The translations under genes and the position numbers were made by a program. DNA of 64,000 nucleotides, taken from NCBI GenBank assembly GCA_040954595.2, contig CM082578.2:17748628-17812627 (forward strand), in the 5' to 3' direction. Below the pieces are notes generated by a model. That model saw only the letters and a list, made by a program, of their open reading frames with translations. It ran no database searches and had not been told where the DNA came from. Within the stretch, counting starts at the first letter, position 1. The number at the start of each line of letters is the position of its first letter. The stretch comes from Balanoglossus misakiensis (Eukaryota > Animalia > Hemichordata). Positions 14,504-26,063 of the stretch are shown here, piece by piece.

Positions 14504-14617
14504 GGCCTAGAAATTAACGCAGAGACTAGCAGAAAGCTTGAGCGACAACTTGGTTCTTCCTTGCAGTCTCAAGACTCTTCTAGAGCTAATGCTCTCAAAA
14601 CTATCATAGAAGTCAAG
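14504..14617 (+). CDS. ERC1: ERC exon 3 (GLEINAETSRKLERQLGSSLQSQDSSRANALKTIIEVK)
   Basis: ccctag acceptor, AAG|gtatcc donor, 114 nt, phase 0. The end resembles ERC 'KALQTVIEMK'. Confidence 0.88.
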
Positions 14618-15053
14618 GTATCCTATTTTATGACAGGTCATGTGGTAGTCATGTGACAGTCATGTGATAGTGATCGAACCTGTTTGATGTTTAATTGCAT
14701 GCTTGTTGGACTATCTTTCGTTTCTTCGCTGAGTTATTTTTTTCCCCTCAAATTGTAACTACTTCTATAACTGCTGCACGTTTGTTTTGTCTGTTTAACA
14801 TGAGATTTGACTGAGTTGAAAAACTGTTACATCGAAAAAGATGGCTCGACAGTTTGTCTTTTCTTGTTAACTTTGACGTGGCCCTATTGTGTAGGCATGT
14901 GTGTGTTTATGATGTCCGTTCACTAAGACTGATTTTTGCAGTGTGATTTGCACTAAATTGTTAAATTCAAGCTTAAAACTGCCGCACTGGTGTGAACTTT
15001 AACCCCTTAACCCCAACACCTGCTTTGCATCTTAACCTTTGAACCCCCTGTAG

Positions 15054-15068
15054 GGCATGATCTCTCCT
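15054..15068 (+). CDS. ERC1: Candidate 15-nt microexon (GMISP)
   Basis: Pyrimidine-rich tract with TGC motifs, ctgtag acceptor, weak donor gtaacc. Phase 0/0 fits exons 3-4. Confidence 0.3.
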
Positions 15069-15998
15069 GTAACCTCCCCAGTTTTCATATCATTGCTCAC
15101 GGAATCTATCGCCAGTTTAAATAGTCATCATTGTCATAAATTTTATCACATGAAATGTGTATGGAGAAATATGATAAATGCAAGAACTGTAAATGTATTT
15201 TTATTGCATACTTAAACAAAATGACAGATGTACAATATACGTGACCATCATCACCCAGTTCCAACTCATTCCATTAGCTGTCACAAAACCTAGAATTTCA
15301 ATAGTCATCCCTCATCATCCAACCTACTTTTAGCTGGAATCTATGGATCATGTACATGTAATTTGAAAATGGAAAGTAGAACTGTGCCCATGCAGTCTCT
15401 CATCATGTAGCAGTTGTGGAAAAATTCTGCTGATCTATGTGATTCACTGAAGTTCATCTGTTTAAGTGATTTTGCAGTTGATATGTTGTGAGCCACTTCA
15501 ACCAAACAAGTATCCAGTGGCAACAGGGCCACACCTAACGGCACATGATCCACATAGATGAGAGTTTAGAATTACATGTAACATGAGGCTACCATGTAAC
15601 CCCACACAGCTTTATCTCTGACCGTCATGATTCCATATATCACAGAATTTGATGCCATTTGGGTCACCGCTGTAGATGCTAGCGCATAACCTCCAATCGT
15701 CATTCGGATTTGTGCTTACTGTATGTTTTGCTGAGTGGCAGTATTGCTGCATTGCCAAGCTCACTCTTTGTCAGTGCAGTGTCAGAAGCCTGTGATCTCC
15801 ATCGCCACCAAAACATTTGATAGTCCCAATATGAAACAGACCTTGAAATGAAAGTGTGGGACTTTTGATCGTGTCATTCTCTTCTTCTTTTTAAATCAAT
15901 CAAAAATAATGTCACTGGGTTTGATATACTATAATCATTGCAGGTCTTTGATGTGATGTTTTGATCCAAATATTTTTTTTTTACGTGTGTTTATCCAG

Positions 15999-16154
15999 GA
16001 TACTAAAATTTCAACTCTGGAAGATCAGATCCACGAGCTAGAAGAAACCCTTCAAAAACTGCGTTCCAGTGGTGCTATTAGTCCCGAAGAAAGGACAGAA
16101 GAAATCAAACAAATAGAAGAATATAAAGGACATTCCAAGTTTATGAAAAGACAG
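15999..16154 (+). CDS. ERC1: ERC exon 4 (DTKISTLEDQ...EEYKGHSKFMKRQ)
   Basis: tccag acceptor, CAG|gtaatg donor, 156 nt. HSKFMK motif. Confidence 0.95.
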
Positions 16155-17370
16155 GTAATGCCTTGCTGCATGGGACAACAGTCTGTTTGGTTATTTGGCT
16201 GCAAAACTTTATCTTGGATGGTCACAAATGCCATTATCCGCAGCACTCAAAACACACCCCCGGAACAATTGTAATGATACCATTTAGGATTTTTTTTTCC
16301 TTTTCGCCTAACATTCACAAGAAAGCTTTGCAATTAAGGCAGAATGGGAAAGTTTGTAAATGGAAGGAAACACTAATGCATTACGATTGATGAGACAGAG
16401 ACAAGGTGATTTGACAACTACTCTATACCATGTGATGGGATTTTTTTTACAAAATGTAATGCCAGTTGATTGTTACACTCCTCTAATGTATTGCAAGATG
16501 ATGATTGTCTCTGCATTCCCCACATCTTTGTCCATTCCAGCCCTTAAAAAAAAATCCCTGACTTTTTGTTGATCGCACTGTGCATTAAACACATCACCCA
16601 CCTGTGGTGAAAATTGCTTTACCTGGAATTTCAGAGACAAAAGTAAACTGATTATCATTCTGCAGATGTAGACCATTACATGCTGAGAGGGGGGATACTG
16701 TGGTTGACCTCAGTGGATAATGTTAAATGATACAGAAAAAAATTGCCATACTTTCACATCTTGTTATCAGTAAAAGCCAAAGCAGGCATGCCATTGTCAT
16801 TGGTAACACAATAGAAGACTCTGTAACCATGGTGCTTTTCATGAGCCTTACACAGTTGTAAACAAGTTATAAGAAAACATTCAAAACAAAATTTTTCTAA
16901 TGTACTGAAATATGATATTATCATTGTATTGCAGCTGTTTGCTCATGATGTTAATATTCATGTTTACGTCAAATTAACGACTGTAAATTTTCGTTCCACA
17001 TTCATGAGAATGTCGAAAGAGTGGCTGTAGAAACAAGATGCCATAAATTGCTAGTTGCTAGGGATTCAAGTGATATCATCACAAACCTTGAGGCACTGCA
17101 AAGATGAAATTGCTTTAAAAAATGGAATAATGAGAAATAATCCAATCTACTAATAGCCTCCGGTTCCTGCCTTCAATTTGAAGCAGTCTTTTTCCGAATC
17201 CACAGCAACTATTCATGGTTCAGTCCTGGCGGGTAGAGAGAGACAGAGAGAGACAGAGAGATAAAATTTACAGAAACAATTTTGAACTCATGATGTCAGG
17301 TATTAATGTATGAAAGGTAGTGATGTGGCATGACATTACAACCACTGGCATTATCTTTTGATCATTACAG

Positions 17371-17538
17371 ATTGATCAGTTGAAGTCTGAACTAGCACAG
17401 AAAAGTGCTGATCTGCAAGGTACCAAGACCAAGCTGGACACACTAACCATACAGTTGTCGGACAAGCAAGCTCACTTTGACGTCCTGAAAGAATCTCTAG
17501 CTGCTAAAGAACAGCATGCAAATATTTTACAAGCTGAT
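17371..17538 (+). CDS. ERC1: ERC exon 5 (IDQLKSELAQK...VLKESLAAKEQHANILQAD)
   Basis: ttacag acceptor, GAT|gtaagt donor, 168 nt. Confidence 0.95.
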
Positions 17539-17706
17539 GTAAGTGTTCTAAGAATGGTACTAGATTGTACACCAGACGACCACTTTGTTTCCATGCCTTG
17601 AGTTATATCCATGGTGTACTTTCAGTAGATGATATTTAGATTTATAAGGTAGAAAATTATTTGTATCACATAAACATTTATGATACAACGATATTGTTTA
17701 CTACAG

Positions 17707-17874
17707 GTGGAGGCATTGAGAGGCAGAATAGAGGAAAAAGATCTTGTTATAGAGAAAAAGAACAAACAAATTAGTGGCTACACCCAGGATAAGAGTAGAT
17801 TCAACAATGATGTCACAGAACTCCGAGAGATGTTGGACATCAAAGACAGAAAGATTAACGTCCTTCAAAGAAAG
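17707..17874 (+). CDS. ERC1: ERC exon 6 (VEALRGRIEEK...VTELREMLDIKDRKINVLQRK)
   Basis: ctacag acceptor, AAG|gtgagt donor, 168 nt. Confidence 0.95.
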
Positions 17875-18454
17875 GTGAGTGTTAAACGCTGCTCAGGTTG
17901 TGATCAGGCTTTGATTGTTTTGTTATTGAAAGTGAAATTGCCAACACACACATCAACAGCCATGAAGATCAGTTAAGTTTTACTGTCACAAAGTTGCAAT
18001 CAAAGGAAATAGAAGTTTCAGATTTACAACAGTTGTAAATGCAAATATACAAGATATGGCTTGGCTTGAGCTGTGATCAGAATTTCCAGTTGCCTAACCC
18101 AGTTGGATATTTTGGTTTACATGTTGTGTATCAGCTTTCTCAGTAGTGCGTTAGTTTGCAAAAAACAAAATAGAAAAAGTAAAAATTTGTTTGCTTACAT
18201 CTACATGTACATGTAGTACACCTGGCTGATTCAGTTATAGTCTCATGATTGGATGAATCCCCCCATTAACACCTGTATCAGTGCATCTGCTGTCTTTTCC
18301 GTGGCCATTATTTTTTACAGCACAACATATTAGCACCCGTCCCGCACCATTTTGCACATTTCATTACAGCTCCCCATCATCCACCGCTGCCCCCCTCGCC
18401 AAACGTCCTTGCCCACCCCCTGCCCCCCCCCCCCAAAAGCGTAGAAATCTCCAG

Positions 18455-18562
18455 ATGTGGTCTCTGACTTGTCGCTCTTTCTCTCATTTGCGTTTGGAGC
18501 TAACTGACATGAAAAATATGGTGGATATCAAGGATAGGAAAATTAATATCTTCCAAATCAAG
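18455..18562 (+). CDS. ERC1: Candidate alternative ERC exon 6b (MWSLTCRSFSHLRLELTDMKNMVDIKDRKINIFQIK); 5' boundary uncertain
   Basis: Paralogous to the 3' half of exon 6, with a phase-0 donor at the equivalent position (AAG|gtgact). Identical residues use mostly different synonymous codons. In-frame cag|ATG at 18454/18455. Confidence 0.6.
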
Positions 18563-19621
18563 GTGACTTACGTTGTTTACCCCCTGATGTTGTTTATGTG
18601 GACCTTCCACTATCCATTACAACCCACACTCATTCATGTTCACCATTGGTTGCCATGGCAATGTTTGCATTTCAGTTCATCCCTCCCCACCAAAGCATCC
18701 TTTCCTTGTTTGATAAATAAATAAATAAATAAATAGAAGTTCCCACCTTGTGCTCAATATGTCTTGTTTTCTGGTTTGTTTATGGTTGGTTTTGATTACA
18801 TTCTGTGTTTTCTGCATGGTCAATACTTTATATATAATTTATAAATATTGATATTATACCTGATTTTAAGATAATAGATATTTATCTAGATGTGTGGTTT
18901 TATTCTGAGTGTAAATGTTTAGAAGTGTTTCAAATATTTTTTCATGTAAGTAGTAGCAACCTTTTTCACTGGAGTGTACAGACTCTTGGTACGTGAGCTG
19001 TGCCAAGGGACAGTAGCTGTTACCAGCTATAGGCCAACTCTGGAATGAATTGTTCAAGCTGAATGCTGCAGTGTTCCACACACAGCAGATGCTGAAAAAG
19101 TTGCATGGTTGTGGTACAAACAAAATTGTGTATAAATGCCAACATAGGAATATGTGTATTTCTAGGTTTGTTTGTTTGTTTACACAAATTGCATTGTTTG
19201 TACAATGGTCAATTCAAATTCTGAATTTTTTCATGAGTGTAAAGGCACAGTGATTAAGCCAGCACACCACCATGGTTTACATGCAGTTACATTTTCATTT
19301 TGAGAATCACAGCTCATAGGTAATATTCAAGGCATGTTATAGCAGAATTTTCAAAGCTTTACAGACAAACAAACACAAACACAAACACATGCACAAATAG
19401 GAAAATGTTTACATGTTCGACTCAGCAACGGATAAGAGGAATCTTCTTGGCCCATTAGTGGACTCTGCATTTGACATAAAAATTACAATAATTCTGAATT
19501 GCATAATGAAGTCACTTCTATTCAGGACTAGTTTCCGTTGTGTTGATTCCAGTACAAGTTAAAACTATACAAAGTGAAGAAAGCCATGAGCATTGTTGGT
19601 TTCTATTTTTGGCCGTTACAG

Positions 19622-19900
19622 CTGGACAATTTACAAGAACAGCTTGGTGACAAGGATATTCAGATGAGCAACTTGAGAGAGAGAATGAACGCCCTGCAGT
19701 CAGATCACACCAGTTCTGACAGCACAGTTTCCAGCCTGGAGGAAGCCATCGTAGACAAGGACCGCATCATTGAACGGCTGAAAGAGCAGCGGGAACGCGA
19801 AGATGCGGACAGGCGCGAAGAAAGTGAAGTGTCCACAAAGCAGATTAAGGAATTGAAGGATAAATTACAAATATTGCAGAATGAATTGGAGGGAAAAGAA
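19622..19900 (+). CDS. ERC1: ERC exon 7 (LDNLQEQLGDKD...LEEAIVDKDRIIERLKEQRERED...LEGKE)
   Basis: ttacag acceptor, GAA|gtaaga donor, 279 nt. Confidence 0.96.
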
Positions 19901-20059
19901 GTAAGAAAACATTCTGTCATATCAAATCACAAAACATTACAAATGAAATCTCAAATCGTCTCAAGTCAGACTTGACAATTAAAAGTACAAGTAAGAGAAG
20001 AATATTTTTAAAACATTTCATTTACAATGCCTTTTTTCTCTTCAAATTTGTAATAACAG

Positions 20060-20200
20060 ACCACTCTGATGGACATGAAGGAACACTCATCATCACTGGC
20101 AACGACCGGTATGAAGAAAGACTCCAAAATTAACACAATGGAGTCACTGGTACAGCAAAAGTCAGATGAAATAGCCAAGCTAGAGGCTGAATTAAAACGA
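20060..20200 (+). CDS. ERC1: ERC exon 8 (TTLMDMKEHSSSLATTGMKKDSK...LEAELKR)
   Basis: aacag acceptor, CGA|gtaagt donor, 141 nt. Matches ERC 'LDLKEHASSLASSGLKKDS'. Confidence 0.95.
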
Positions 20201-20526
20201 GTAAGTCACAAATAATGATTCTTACAACCAAAGCAAGACAAATCTTTTAATGCATATTATAACAAACATGGTGCCAAACGTATGGTTGGTACGATATTAA
20301 AATACTTTGTGTTTACATTGTTGATCAACATGAGAAATCATCGGTATAATGACGATAATAGAAAACCATGTGTCAAAATAAGTGGATCACTACGTCTAGT
20401 GCAGACTGTTGCAACTGTGTATGTTATCCTCTGTACAGAATCACTTTTTCCCCCTCAAATTTTGCTGATGCTACCCTGACACTGTCATTGCTTGCTTTGT
20501 CCATTTTCTGCTCGCTTTATTGTCAG

Positions 20527-20550
20527 AAAAATCGTCAATTCTCATTCTGG
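20527..20550 (+). CDS. ERC1: Candidate 24-nt microexon (KNRQFSFW)
   Basis: Long pyrimidine tract with repeated TGC, tgtcag acceptor, perfect TGG|gtaagt donor. Phase 0/0 matches exons 8-9, no stop. Confidence 0.55.
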
Positions 20551-22322
20551 GTAAGTTGTCTCCTAGGAACAAATTACAAAAAAAAAATCTTTCTCTCCTT
20601 TGTATACTTCTCATTATGGTGTCTGGCATTGTTGGTAGATGACTGCACCATTTGCCTTGACATTTTCTCAAGGCATTAGGACTGATCTCTGTGTCATCAT
20701 TTTCTTCAGCCTTGCATGCGTCTCATGCTTTCATATTGTGGAATGAAAACTAAGATATTCATCACTTATAAATCGCAAATTTCTGCTTAATCACAATCAC
20801 AGTTTTCAGTACTCTCGTAGACATTCAAAATGATTCAGCAACAAATTAAAAGTCTTTATTTCATTTTACTTCACAAGAACTTATGAGCTTGAGGGACAGA
20901 TGAGGCCGACACTTGTTAAATTATTCCATCCGCTTATCAGCCTTGGTCCATGCCCATAAAAATATCAGCATTATTAGAGATATTTGAGGTGATTAATTCA
21001 AATTTACATTCATCCATGAAAGAAAAACAAACATGGAATCATTTAACCAACCATTGAGATTTCCTGATGAATCATTTGCAGTCAGCCGGTATTTTCATGT
21101 CTACAAAATCAATACCGTACGGATACTAAATACACACAGCTAGAAATTCAATGTGTATAGATGTTTATAGAGAAAACTTGTAAGTTTACTATTTACCTAG
21201 GCAGCAGTGTGGTCTTAGATAAATAGATAAATTTAACTTAATTTTTCATTCAGTATTCATTACATAATATCCTTGAGGGTTTGATGACTAAAAAGTGTCC
21301 TTGAATTCTCACTGACGGGCAATACTGTGCTATTTATATATAAACTGTTTATTGACTATAAAAATCTGCTAATCATGTGAAGTTTGGAATAACCTATTTC
21401 TGTGAATATTAAACCGTAATCATTTCATGAATGTAAAATCATAAACATAAATATTCTGCAGGAATATATTGATGAAGTCGATTCTGCCAACAGGTAAAAT
21501 AGAGGCAGTATTGATATGGAAATATTGATGGTCAGTCTTGATGACTATACATATTCCAAGGCAGTTTGAACTGACAGATATATAGAATCAGAATTTTAAA
21601 AACATTTTTGATGGATATTCATGTGGGATATTTATACATCTCAACACACGCTCACACTTGACTAATATTCTCTTCTGAATGCCTTGTCATCTCTGAAGCC
21701 ATTGTTATTTTATGTTCAGTGTTGTTACTCACTCACCCACTCGCTCACTCACTCACTCTCTCTTTCTATCTTCTCAAATCAGTACAGTTTAATTTATTTT
21801 TCTTTCAGTGAATTTGTTGTGTAATTAATTAAACTACATGTGATCATCCTGGAAGTCGAATGCTACTAAAAGAAAGATCAAAACAAGATATTGCTATTTT
21901 CACTAATACAACGATAGATGTATTCTGATTGCATGAATTAAACTATTTTGTTTTTTTTTCATAATTGCATATTTTGGTCTATGATATCTGATAAGATTCA
22001 ATAAATTTGAGCATAAAATATTATCTTTTTTTCCTTATTTATTTGGTATGCCCTAGCTTGTGATTTATGACTAATGATTTTGACAAAATTTCTCTTCTAT
22101 TTATTACGCCAGAGATGTAGAAAAAAATTATTAATAGCTGGTAAGAGATAAAGGTACTGGCAGTTGCTCTTTACATGTGAGACACATCATTGCCTGAAGG
22201 GAGAAGCTTTGGGAGAGGATTTCACAATATTTTCTTTAAAGCCAGTCTTTTTTCACTCCCAGTCATTAATTGCTGGCTGCCAGCAATTTTCTATATCTCT
22301 TGCGAATAACACCCACAATAAA

Positions 22323-22485
22323 TAGACTCTCTCACAGCCCCTCTCGCCGTCCATGCAGGCTTATGGTCTGATTACATGTGTGCCCGTTTGCTACACAACA
22401 CCATATGGGGCTTCTCCTTTGCTAAACGGTTGAGGGCGTGTCAGTGAAGGGCCTTGTAGCGAACCGTGGGCTGTGAGAGAGTCTA
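22323..22485. mobile_element. MITE / non-autonomous DNA transposon (163 bp)
   Basis: Perfect 18-bp TIRs tagactctctcacagccc (22323-22340) and gggctgtgagagagtcta (22468-22485). Flanks ccacaataaa / ccacaatatc form an imperfect 10-bp target-site duplication. Confidence 0.8.
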
Positions 22486-22622
22486 CCACAATATCAGCTG
22501 AGAACAGTTTCTTCCATTTGCTGCATTATTCCAGCATAAGCATCCACTTGTGTATCAAACCGTAAACAGAAAATCCCACTGATACAACAGACTGCAAACG
22601 ATTTCCTTTTCCCGATCGACAG

Positions 22623-22819
22623 ATAAAAGAGGAAAGGGAGCGGGAGAGCGGGAAAGAGTCGGATCTGGCACAGAAGATTGTCGATCTGGAAGACCAAGTG
22701 GAGCACTTCCGGGAACAGGTGAGCAAGTCACAGCTGGAAGTGGACAGACTCCTGGATATTCTCAAACACATGGAAGAAGAGAAGAACACCAAAGATCAAC
22801 AGATTGCAGAGTTGGAAGG
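22623..22819 (+). CDS. ERC1: ERC exon 9 (IKEERERES...SKSQLEVDRLLDILKHMEEEKNTKDQQIAELEG)
   Basis: cgacag acceptor, GG|gtaagc donor, 197 nt. EVDRLL.IL...E.EK..KD..IAELE motif. Confidence 0.95.
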
Positions 22820-23261
22820 GTAAGCTGGTCTCTAGAATATCACCGCTCATTCCGTGGCTTTCAGTGTTCACAGAAATCCCAGATCTTTGGAGATAAAAAG
22901 GTGTAATGACTATCATCGAGTCTGTATCTCATCCCCTTCCAGATGCACTTTCGCACAGCAACTGCCATCCTTTTGTGGCATGTACTTTTCCAAAGTTCAC
23001 TCGGCAAAAGATTGCTATCACTGATAAAAGTACCATCACCTGTCCTTTCTAGTGGCAATCAGCTCCTGGCATCTTTTGCATTAGTAGGAGGAGAGAAATC
23101 TTTATTTGTATACCACCTTCTGTAACTGACCGAGACATCCAAGTGTAGCTATTAGTCATCTATTATCACTGGTTGAATCATAACCGTCTGGCCACTAAGA
23201 CTGTACTTTACTCACATATTCCACTAATTTGACCTACTTCTATCACTGAAATGCTTACTAG

Positions 23262-23285
23262 CAAACTTAAAGGAGATTTAGAAGG
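23262..23285 (+). CDS. ERC1: Candidate 24-nt microexon (G-KLKGDLE-G)
   Basis: atgcttactag acceptor with a proximal TGC, perfect AGG|gtgagt donor. Phase 2/2 matches exons 9-10. Confidence 0.6.
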
Positions 23286-23812
23286 GTGAGTGGTTTCTTT
23301 GCTCTCTGTCTGACCTCTGAACCTTGACCTATTGAACTATCACTCTTCCTGCCCTAGTCACCATCTTCACCAATGCTTTCCTGTTTCTCTATACTGTCAC
23401 TGTATTAAATATGCACAGTTTGTTAGTTGTGTCCATTTGTTTTGGTTCCTTTTCTTTTAGACCTTATAGCAAACCAGAGAAGTAGTGTCCCATCATGTAT
23501 ATTGTCAATCTGTTGTTGATTTGTTAACTGTATTAGCCTGTCAGTCATAAATGCTTCATGTAGTACATATTCTTGCATATGCATATATCATTGTGAGTTA
23601 TATGTTTGTATATAAAGTACAGATGACTTGCATTCTTGTGTATATTACTACCAGATCAGTTTTGCTGAACCTGTCACAGTTGGCGACTGTTCAAACCCTA
23701 GACAAGGAAAACTTAAAAATAACTGAACCATTGTGGTCTAGTTTCAAGAGCAGAAAAACAAGAGTTCTGAAGTGAATTAATATTTTGTTGTCTCTGTCTC
23801 TGACACTCACAG

Positions 23813-23948
23813 ACAACTGAAAGACGTCAACAAGAGACTTGCCACACTGAAAAGAGAACAAGCCACTCAGAAGAAGAAGAACGCACAGTTATTGGAAGCT
23901 GCCAGAAAACGGGAGGGTGACCTCAGTGACGATTCTCAACAGTTGCAT
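23813..23948 (+). CDS. ERC1: ERC exon 10 (QLKDVNKRLATLKREQATQKKKNAQLLEAARKREGDLSDDSQQLH)
   Basis: tcacag acceptor, CAT|gtaatg donor, 136 nt, phase 2 to 0. Confidence 0.94.
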
Positions 23949-24207
23949 GTAATGAAATGTTTCAATAATCAGACAAACAATGCAATAATGTAGTTCTGTT
24001 AGAACAGACATGCCTGATATGATGTCTTTGCTATTTAGCTGGCAGGAGGCAGGCTGTCAAGTTTGACCCAATTTCATGATGTTCTCGTAAAAATGGTTGG
24101 TTAATTATTCTAATGAGAATTAAATGTTATAATATCAACTTGTACTTGATGTTGGTGAATGCCATGTTCTTCCAGCTTGACTCTAGATGGCACTGTCTCT
24201 ATTTCAG

Positions 24208-24339
24208 GCCACACTCAACCAGAAAGACGATAGAATAGAAGAATTAGAAGAGGCTTTGAAAGAGAGTGTCAGTATCACAGCTGAGAGAGAAATGGTGCTA
24301 GCACAACAACAAGCAAAACTCTCAGTGGTGGAGAAACAG
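24208..24339 (+). CDS. ERC1: ERC exon 11 (ATLNQKDDRIEELEEALKESVSITAEREMVLAQQQAKLSVVEKQ)
   Basis: tttcag acceptor, CAG|gtatga donor, 132 nt. KDDRIEELEEAL.ESV.ITAEREMVLAQ motif. Confidence 0.96.
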
Positions 24340-24602
24340 GTATGATGTAAAGAATGGTGAGGGTGAAGTCTTTAAAAGTTGGATGGTTTCCTGTGCCAGC
24401 AGTTGGTTATTGGTGACCGCAAATACAGTAGCTGATTTTCTGGATTTTCTTCTGTCATGTACTGGTATACTCAGCCGTTTCTGAGCTCATAATTTCAGAA
24501 TGCAGGGAGATGGTGCAACTTGTACATCTGCAGAGGCTAATCAGAATGACTTGTGGGTGTCTTGAGTTATGTTTACTAAGAATGTGTCCATCTTTTTTAC
24601 AG

Positions 24603-24763
24603 TTGGAAGAAACTGTGAAGGAGAGAGACAATCTGAAGAAACATTTGTCGGCGACCAGTGCCAAACTGGCAGACATCACCATGGCATTGAAGGACAAAGA
24701 AGCCAAGATGCAAGCTATGCAAGTGGAAAAGAGAAAACAATTGGCAGAAGTGCTGGAAATGAA
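24603..24763 (+). CDS. ERC1: ERC exon 12 (LEETVKERD...EKRKQLAEVLEMK)
   Basis: ttttacag acceptor, AA|gtgagt donor, 161 nt. Confidence 0.95.
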
Positions 24764-25373
24764 GTGAGTCTATGAGAACAACTGCATGTATATGCAATCC
24801 AGTCAGGGTTCAGTTCAGTCAGTGTCATAGTATCTACACATTGACACAGAGATAAACACCAGTACTACGACTCGTGTACTTGCACTGAAAATCTGCTAGC
24901 TTAACCCTTTCAACAGATAAAAACAACTTTGTGGGCATTTCGAGTTCTACTTTTCCCCAATCTCCTTCCCATACTTTGTAACATAGTTTTAGTTCCCCAG
25001 CTATCTCTGCTGTCAAGTATTTGAGTTCTCAAATCTTAGTAAGCAGACTATGAAATCATTTTACTGATAAAACTTGTTGGTATTGGATAAAAGTCAGAAA
25101 TGGGCTGTCTACTCTTCACATAGCAAGAAAGCTGAAACATTCGTTTGTTGATAGAATCACGTCAGGTTTGATTTAAATGCCCATTATAAATGGTGAGGGA
25201 CCACTTAAATATTTATAGCCTGATCAATCCTCAGTGGGACATGACAGAAGACTAATTTAATAAGCTGAATTTACAGGAGGAGTATAAACACAGCAATTTT
25301 GTCTGCAATAATGAGTTATTACACAATAAAAATAAGAAATTACTTTTTAAATAACCTGTGGCATTTTTTACAG

Positions 25374-25527
25374 GCAAGAAGCTTTGCAGGCAGCTATATG
25401 CGAGAAGGATGCCAACATTGCCTTAATAGAGATGAGTTCCAAATCCCTGAAGAATGCCAGAACTGAAGAGGAAGTTCGAAGGCTTAAGAAGGAGAAGGAC
25501 GAGTTGGTCAGACAACTCAAACAACAG
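25374..25527 (+). CDS. ERC1: ERC exon 13 (QEALQAAICEKDANIALIEMSS...LKKEKDELVRQLKQQ)
   Basis: ttacag acceptor, CAG|gtgagc donor, 154 nt. QEAL.AAI.EKDANIAL.E motif. Confidence 0.96.
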
Positions 25528-25982
25528 GTGAGCTGTGCTTTTCTGGTTGCTAGTCAAGTTTTAGAAGAGAAGGGTTGAATATAGTTACAAAAGATGTGTC
25601 TCCTAGTGGAATCACAATGCTTAAATATCTTAACAGCTGTTGAACATGATAAAATTTCATTATGTAAATTTATGGGCATGATGGACATCATATGAACCAG
25701 CCAAACAATAGTGAGAGACTGACCTTTAGAAATACCTTTTTGTGAAACATTTCAAGCAACCAGTGTTTGCCTCAAAGAAACTATCTCTGAGTAAAACACT
25801 GAACTGTTAGAACCAAATTGATCACATCCGGATGCCTCATGAAATTAATGTAAGCTTCAAATCTATAAATACATATTACAAGGGAGCGTACATGGAAATG
25901 GTAGATTGATCTGAATTGATCCTAGCTTTCTACTTTTGATCCATATTGATTTTTTTTCTCATTTGTCCTTTTCTTCTTTCAG

Positions 25983-26063
25983 ACTGAGAGACGCATGAAA
26001 CTATTGCAGCAAAGCAGTGCCAACGGAGAACACAATGAGGTACAAAGTCCTTCTCCAGACCAG
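25983..26063 (+). CDS. ERC1: ERC exon 14 (TERRMKLLQQSSANGEHNEVQSPSPDQ)
   Basis: Long pyrimidine tract and tttcag acceptor. RMKL...PSPDQ matches ERC. Donor CAG|gtctct; an alternative in-frame donor GAG|gtacaa lies at 26039. Confidence 0.88.

Noticed and set aside
14635-14671. Three copies of an 11-bp gtcatgtgNNa unit
   Set aside because: A short local tandem duplication with no evidence of function.
14997-15048. TTAACCC-like telomeric seed
   Set aside because: Only 2-3 degenerate units, better explained as a branch-point/pyrimidine tract.
21462-22140. Two AG...GT-bounded segments (21462-21493, 32 nt; 22113-22140, 28 nt) as paired exons
   Set aside because: Each shifts the frame, and joined they read into TAA. 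The first has a poor pyrimidine tract. A poison-exon role cannot be excluded but is unsupported.
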